Below are positions 59,927 through 64,000 of a stretch of 64,000 bases of DNA, one piece after another; positions within the stretch are counted from its first letter, which is position 1; each line of letters begins with the position of its first letter. The DNA is taken from positions 102,734,001 to 102,798,000 of the forward strand of contig NC_059430.1 in the NCBI RefSeq assembly GCF_021028975.2, given 5' to 3'. Below the pieces are notes generated by a model, which searched no databases, was not told the DNA's origin, and saw only the letters and a list, made by a program, of their open reading frames with translations. Both the position numbers and the translations under genes were made by a program. This stretch comes from Sphaerodactylus townsendi (lineage: Eukaryota).

Positions 59927-61590
59927 ATGGAACTTTGGTTTTATATACGAAAACAGCAGCAAGAATATTACATGCACAGAAATGGAAAACTCCAACTATT
60001 CCTACAATTGAAGAATAGTGGGTGAAGATAACTAAGTTAACTGCTATTAAAAGAAAATAACTTTAAGAGTTTGGATTTATACCCTGTTTTTCTCAGCTGT
60101 AAGGCGTGTCAAAGTGGCTTACAAGCTCCTTGCTTTCCTCTCCCCACACCTTGTGAGGTAGATGGGGCTGAGAGAGTTCCGAGAGAACTGAGACTAGCCA
60201 AAAGATCACCAGTAGGTGTCATGTGTAGGAACAGGGAAACAAATTCAGTTCACCAGATAAGAATCAGCCACTCATGTGGAGGAGTGGGAAGATCAAACCT
60301 GGTTCTCCAGATTAGAGTTCACTGCTCTAAACCACTACAACATGTTGACTTTGAAGGTTAAGGATTGTTAAATTAAAGACCCAACTGAGAAAAGTAAGAC
60401 TGTTTATTAGTAATTATGCTAAAGATTTAATTTCATTGTGAAGCTTAATGGCCAAGTGGAGGATTTTAGGGTAAATATTACCTGCAGAAGAAACTGGAAG
60501 TTTCTGTGAACACTTTACAATTTGGTGATTTTCTGTCTTTGTGTATGCTTTTGACTTTAATTTTGAAGTAGAAATAATTTTTTTGGGGAAAAGAACATAT
60601 AACACACAAGAAGCTGCCTTATACTGAGTGAGGCCATCATCAGCCATCAAGGTCAGCTGTGTCTACACAGACCAGGGGTGGTTCTCCAGGGTCTCAGGCC
60701 GAGGTCTTTTGCATCACCTACTGCCAGCTCCTTTAAACTAGAGATGCCAGGGATTGAACCGGGCACATTCAGCATGCAAAGCAAGGGCTCTTATAACTGA
60801 GTGACAGCCCTTCCCTTGTCCGGGCCACGGAGAGAAGCTATGGCAAGATCAGTACACGGGAAGGTCCAAGGGAAAGGAGAACCAGGAACTGGGAAGAAGA
60901 GAGAAAGGGGAAGCCTTAATGGACTAACTAACTGACTCCAGAACTGGAGCTCAGGTACTTGTTGACCTGTCCTGAGGCATTTATGCTATGGGGCCCTGAA
61001 GGGTTCCATCTTGCTCCCCAGACTGTTTAACTTCTATATGAAATTGCTGGAGGGATTTGGAGCGAGGTGGCATGAATATGGGGATGCAACCAGCTGGAGG
61101 ACAGATTAAACTTCCTGTGTGCTGAAGTTCTGACCCAAATACATCCCTCAAAACCTGGAATTCGAGTTCCCATCATGGAACCTCAGGTGCATCTTTGGAG
61201 CAGCTGGATATCTTCCACAGGGACTCTGTTATGTGCAGATTGGCCCTTGGATTCCAGACCTTAGAGTCCAGACCTTGCTATGGATGAGGCTGAGTAATTT
61301 GGTAGAAAACAGAAGTAGCAACATGTTTGAGAGCTATGCAAAAACCAGTAGGGTGTAGTAGTTAGAACAGTGACCTTTGTTCTGGGAGACTTGGGTTTAA
61401 ATCTCTACTCAGTTATGAATCCTGCTGGGTGACCTTGACTAGTCAACTTAACCTACTCCACAGTAGGATCAAACTACTTCTCCTGCTAGGAGGATCAAAT
61501 GGAGAAGCATGCTGTTGTTATCTCCTGGGGGGAAGGGCAGGATGAACTGATACGGATCGACAGAGGGACTGAACTGTAGATGGGACTCAC

Positions 61591-61737
61591 TGCTCATATC
61601 ATCATTGGGGCTGATCCAGAAGATTGTGTAGCTGGTGATGAAGCCGTTGCGCAGTTCCAAAGGGATGGGATCCCAGAGAAGCTGAGCGGTTGTCTTGCTG
61701 ATAGCCCCTGGGTGAAGTTGGGGACTCTCAGAAGGAG
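61591..61737 (-). CDS. CSF3R: CSF3R FNIII exon (147 nt)
   Basis: APSESPQLHPGAISKTTAQLLWDPIPLELRNGFITSYTIFWISPNDDMS. Confidence 0.94.
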
Positions 61738-62149
61738 CTGTAGGAAGAGAGGATTGTTAATAGCAGACCACAGGACTGCGGGAAGTGCAGCTTCAGTGAG
61801 GCTTGGCAAGGCAAAGACTTACCTGCAGAACCTGTTCTTAGGTCCACAGCTTAGGAAATGTGGTGATGTCTGAGCATGTGCAGAGTGTTTGCTGGGTAAC
61901 CACAAGTGGATGTGGCATCCAGGAAAGGTTATCCCCATATAAAAATTAGGCAGCGGGACTCAAAAGCAACATGAAGGAGAGTCTTTTCCCCCCTAAATAT
62001 CTCTATTTCCAACTTCAGTGTCAGTAGGGTCATGGAGTGAATCTAATGGATCCATTTTGTTGACAGAGGTACTTCCTCTGGTTCAAGGAGCCTTCAGAAG
62101 ATGCAGTAGGCTCAAGCAGATCTCTTTGCCCCAAGGGAGAGGGGTTACT

Positions 62150-62377
62150 GTTAGTGGATTTTTTTTTGCCATCAAACCACATCTAACTCATAGCAATCCT
62201 GGTGGGGGTTTTTAAGACAAGAGACATTCCGAGGTGGGTAGCCTTTGCCTGCCTGCCTCCGTGTCACAACCCTGGCATTCCAAGGAGGCCTCCCATCCAA
62301 ATCCTTGCCAACCTCGACCCTGCTTAGCTTCTGAGATCTGACAAGGTCAGGCTAGCCTGGGCTATCCAGGTCAGGGT
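62150..62377 (-). mobile_element. 5S rRNA-derived SINE
   Basis: Minus-strand head GATCTCAGAAGCTAAGCAGGGTCG...TTGGATGGGAG followed by a non-5S body. Copies at ~11490-11650 (+), ~33500-33690, ~38100-38270, ~40380-40550 and ~52940-53140. Confidence 0.7.
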
Positions 62378-62542
62378 GTCAGTGGAATAAATCTATTGGA
62401 TCTAATCGTGGACTTGTAAACAAATAGAAACAATGAACTCTCTCCAAGGCAAATGTCACCCTCCCAACAAAAAGCTTGTTTGAATGATAGTTGTATGCAT
62501 CTATATCTCATCCATCTCCTGCGTGGCATGGCATCAGCATAC

Positions 62543-62644
62543 CTTTCTGCCTGGTGTACGCTTCTGTACTCTGGGGCATTCCCACTCCATCCTCGTAGAG
62601 GGGGTAGATGGAAATAAGGTACCGCTGGTAAGGCTCAATGTTTT
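62543..62644 (-). CDS. CSF3R: CSF3R FNIII exon (102 nt); upstream exons lie beyond the window
   Basis: NIEPYQRYLISIYPLYEDGVGMPQSTEAYTRQK. Confidence 0.93.
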
Positions 62645-64000
62645 CTGGAAGAGACAAGGGAAAAGTTGTCTGGAGGATGTAGACCTGGAGTCAGAAGGGA
62701 AGGAAAAGCCCACAAGGAAGAGGTGGTCTTAAGAAGGCAGAGACACTACAGCAGAAAGGGGCCAGAAGTCTTTAAGTTAACCCATTTGGCCTCTAAGTCC
62801 AAGTCATATGTGAATTAACATGCTCTTTAGACGTGGTCTGGTTTATTGGACCGTGTTCAGCTTTGGGAAGTGGATAATCAGTCTTGTGAAAATAGCAGTT
62901 TCTGGTATTAACATTGGAATCCACAAAACTGCAGCTTAGGCAAGGTACCTCTCTTGCGTTTGGGTACAACAACAGCAGGATTCTGTTTTGTCAAATACTT
63001 ATAAAAATCTGGTGGTTTATTAAAGGCAAGATCCCCCCCTCCCCCCCACATTGGTCTGTGTGAACATTTGAAAATGGACCAACTTCCCCTACATGTTCAC
63101 ATCCATCAAATTTAACAACTCACTTCATTCTTTGATTAGAGTCTGTCTAAGTGCATGTCTGCCATGTGGGGAAAAAGAAGTACAGTCAGAAGCGTCACAT
63201 TTTCAGTGACCAAAATAGAAACACTTTAAAAAGAAACCAAGAGCCAAAGCCGACACATTCAGGGGCAAGAGCCACAGGTGCTCTCCGTGTGTCTGGGCCA
63301 TTCAGGTAGATGGAATGTGGGTGCCAGTCTCCTTCTCACAACACGAAGTGGACTCAGGCCTGAGGTGTTGAACTCTCCTCTCTTTGCTTTCTGCTGCTCT
63401 TTCCCAGTAGGCCTTTTCCTTCCCACTTGGCTCTTATAGCACAACGAAGAAAACCACTTGAAGACATGGAGTGGAACTGGAATAGGAGGGCAAGGGGGAA
63501 GGAGAGCCAGCATGGTGTAGTGGTTAACAGCAGATGGATTCTAATCTGGAGAACCGGGTTTGATTCCCCACTCCTCCACCTGAGTGGCAGAGGCTTATCT
63601 GGTGAACCCAGATGTGTTTCCACACTCCTACATTCCTGCTAAGGTGGCGTTGGAGGCTGGAGGTTCATAGATTCATTCAAAACCCCTCTCAACCCCACCT
63701 ACTCCACAAAGGTTGTTGTAGGGAGAGGAAGAGTAAGAAACTTATACGTCACAAAGTCTACTTACAGGAGAAGGTAGAGTGATATAAATCCAAAACTCTT
63801 CTTCTTTTCCCCCCAGCACCCCCATCCTGATGTACAAATCAATTCCCTGCATTAAACATGGCTGTCGTCATACTTCTGGACCTTAGAGAAGCTATTATGC
63901 TTATGGAAGTGGCAACTATTGTTTAGGGGGTAGCTTTGGCCATAAAATCAGCACTGTCTTTTCCCCAGATGCAGAGTTGCTCTTGGCCTCTGAAACAAGA

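Noticed and set aside
62290-62377. 5S rRNA gene
   Set aside because: Diverged partial 5S head fused to a SINE body, present in several dispersed copies.
63900-64000. Next upstream CSF3R exon
   Set aside because: No suitable phase-1 donor or convincing FNIII sequence; the exon is probably outside the window.

Overview
Vertebrate genomic DNA, not prokaryotic. The repeat content suggests a squamate, probably a gecko-like lizard (inference). The window holds a minus-strand gene block matching the human order STK40-LSM10-OSCP1-MRPS15-CSF3R. From left to right: a CpG-island promoter firing out of the window to the left (probably STK40, by synteny only); LSM10 (one coding exon, 123 aa); complete OSCP1 (10 constitutive coding exons, 379 aa, plus a 30-nt cassette microexon); complete MRPS15 (8 exons, 238 aa); and the last six exons of CSF3R. 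I read all exon boundaries by hand as GT-AG with consistent phase. Non-coding DNA is rich in repeats: hAT and PIF MITEs, many with clean target-site duplications (TSDs); tRNA- and 5S-derived SINEs; CR1/L2 fragments; a near full-length CR1 LINE; candidate solo LTRs; and palindromic Penelope-derived elements. One Penelope copy carries an intact minimal hammerhead ribozyme motif. There is one 211-nt assembly gap. I found no convincing wholly new biological system. The best leads are the hammerhead palindromes with homogenised arms, two hAT MITEs resembling horizontally transferred families, the OSCP1 microexon, and the reordered CSF3R tyrosine motifs.
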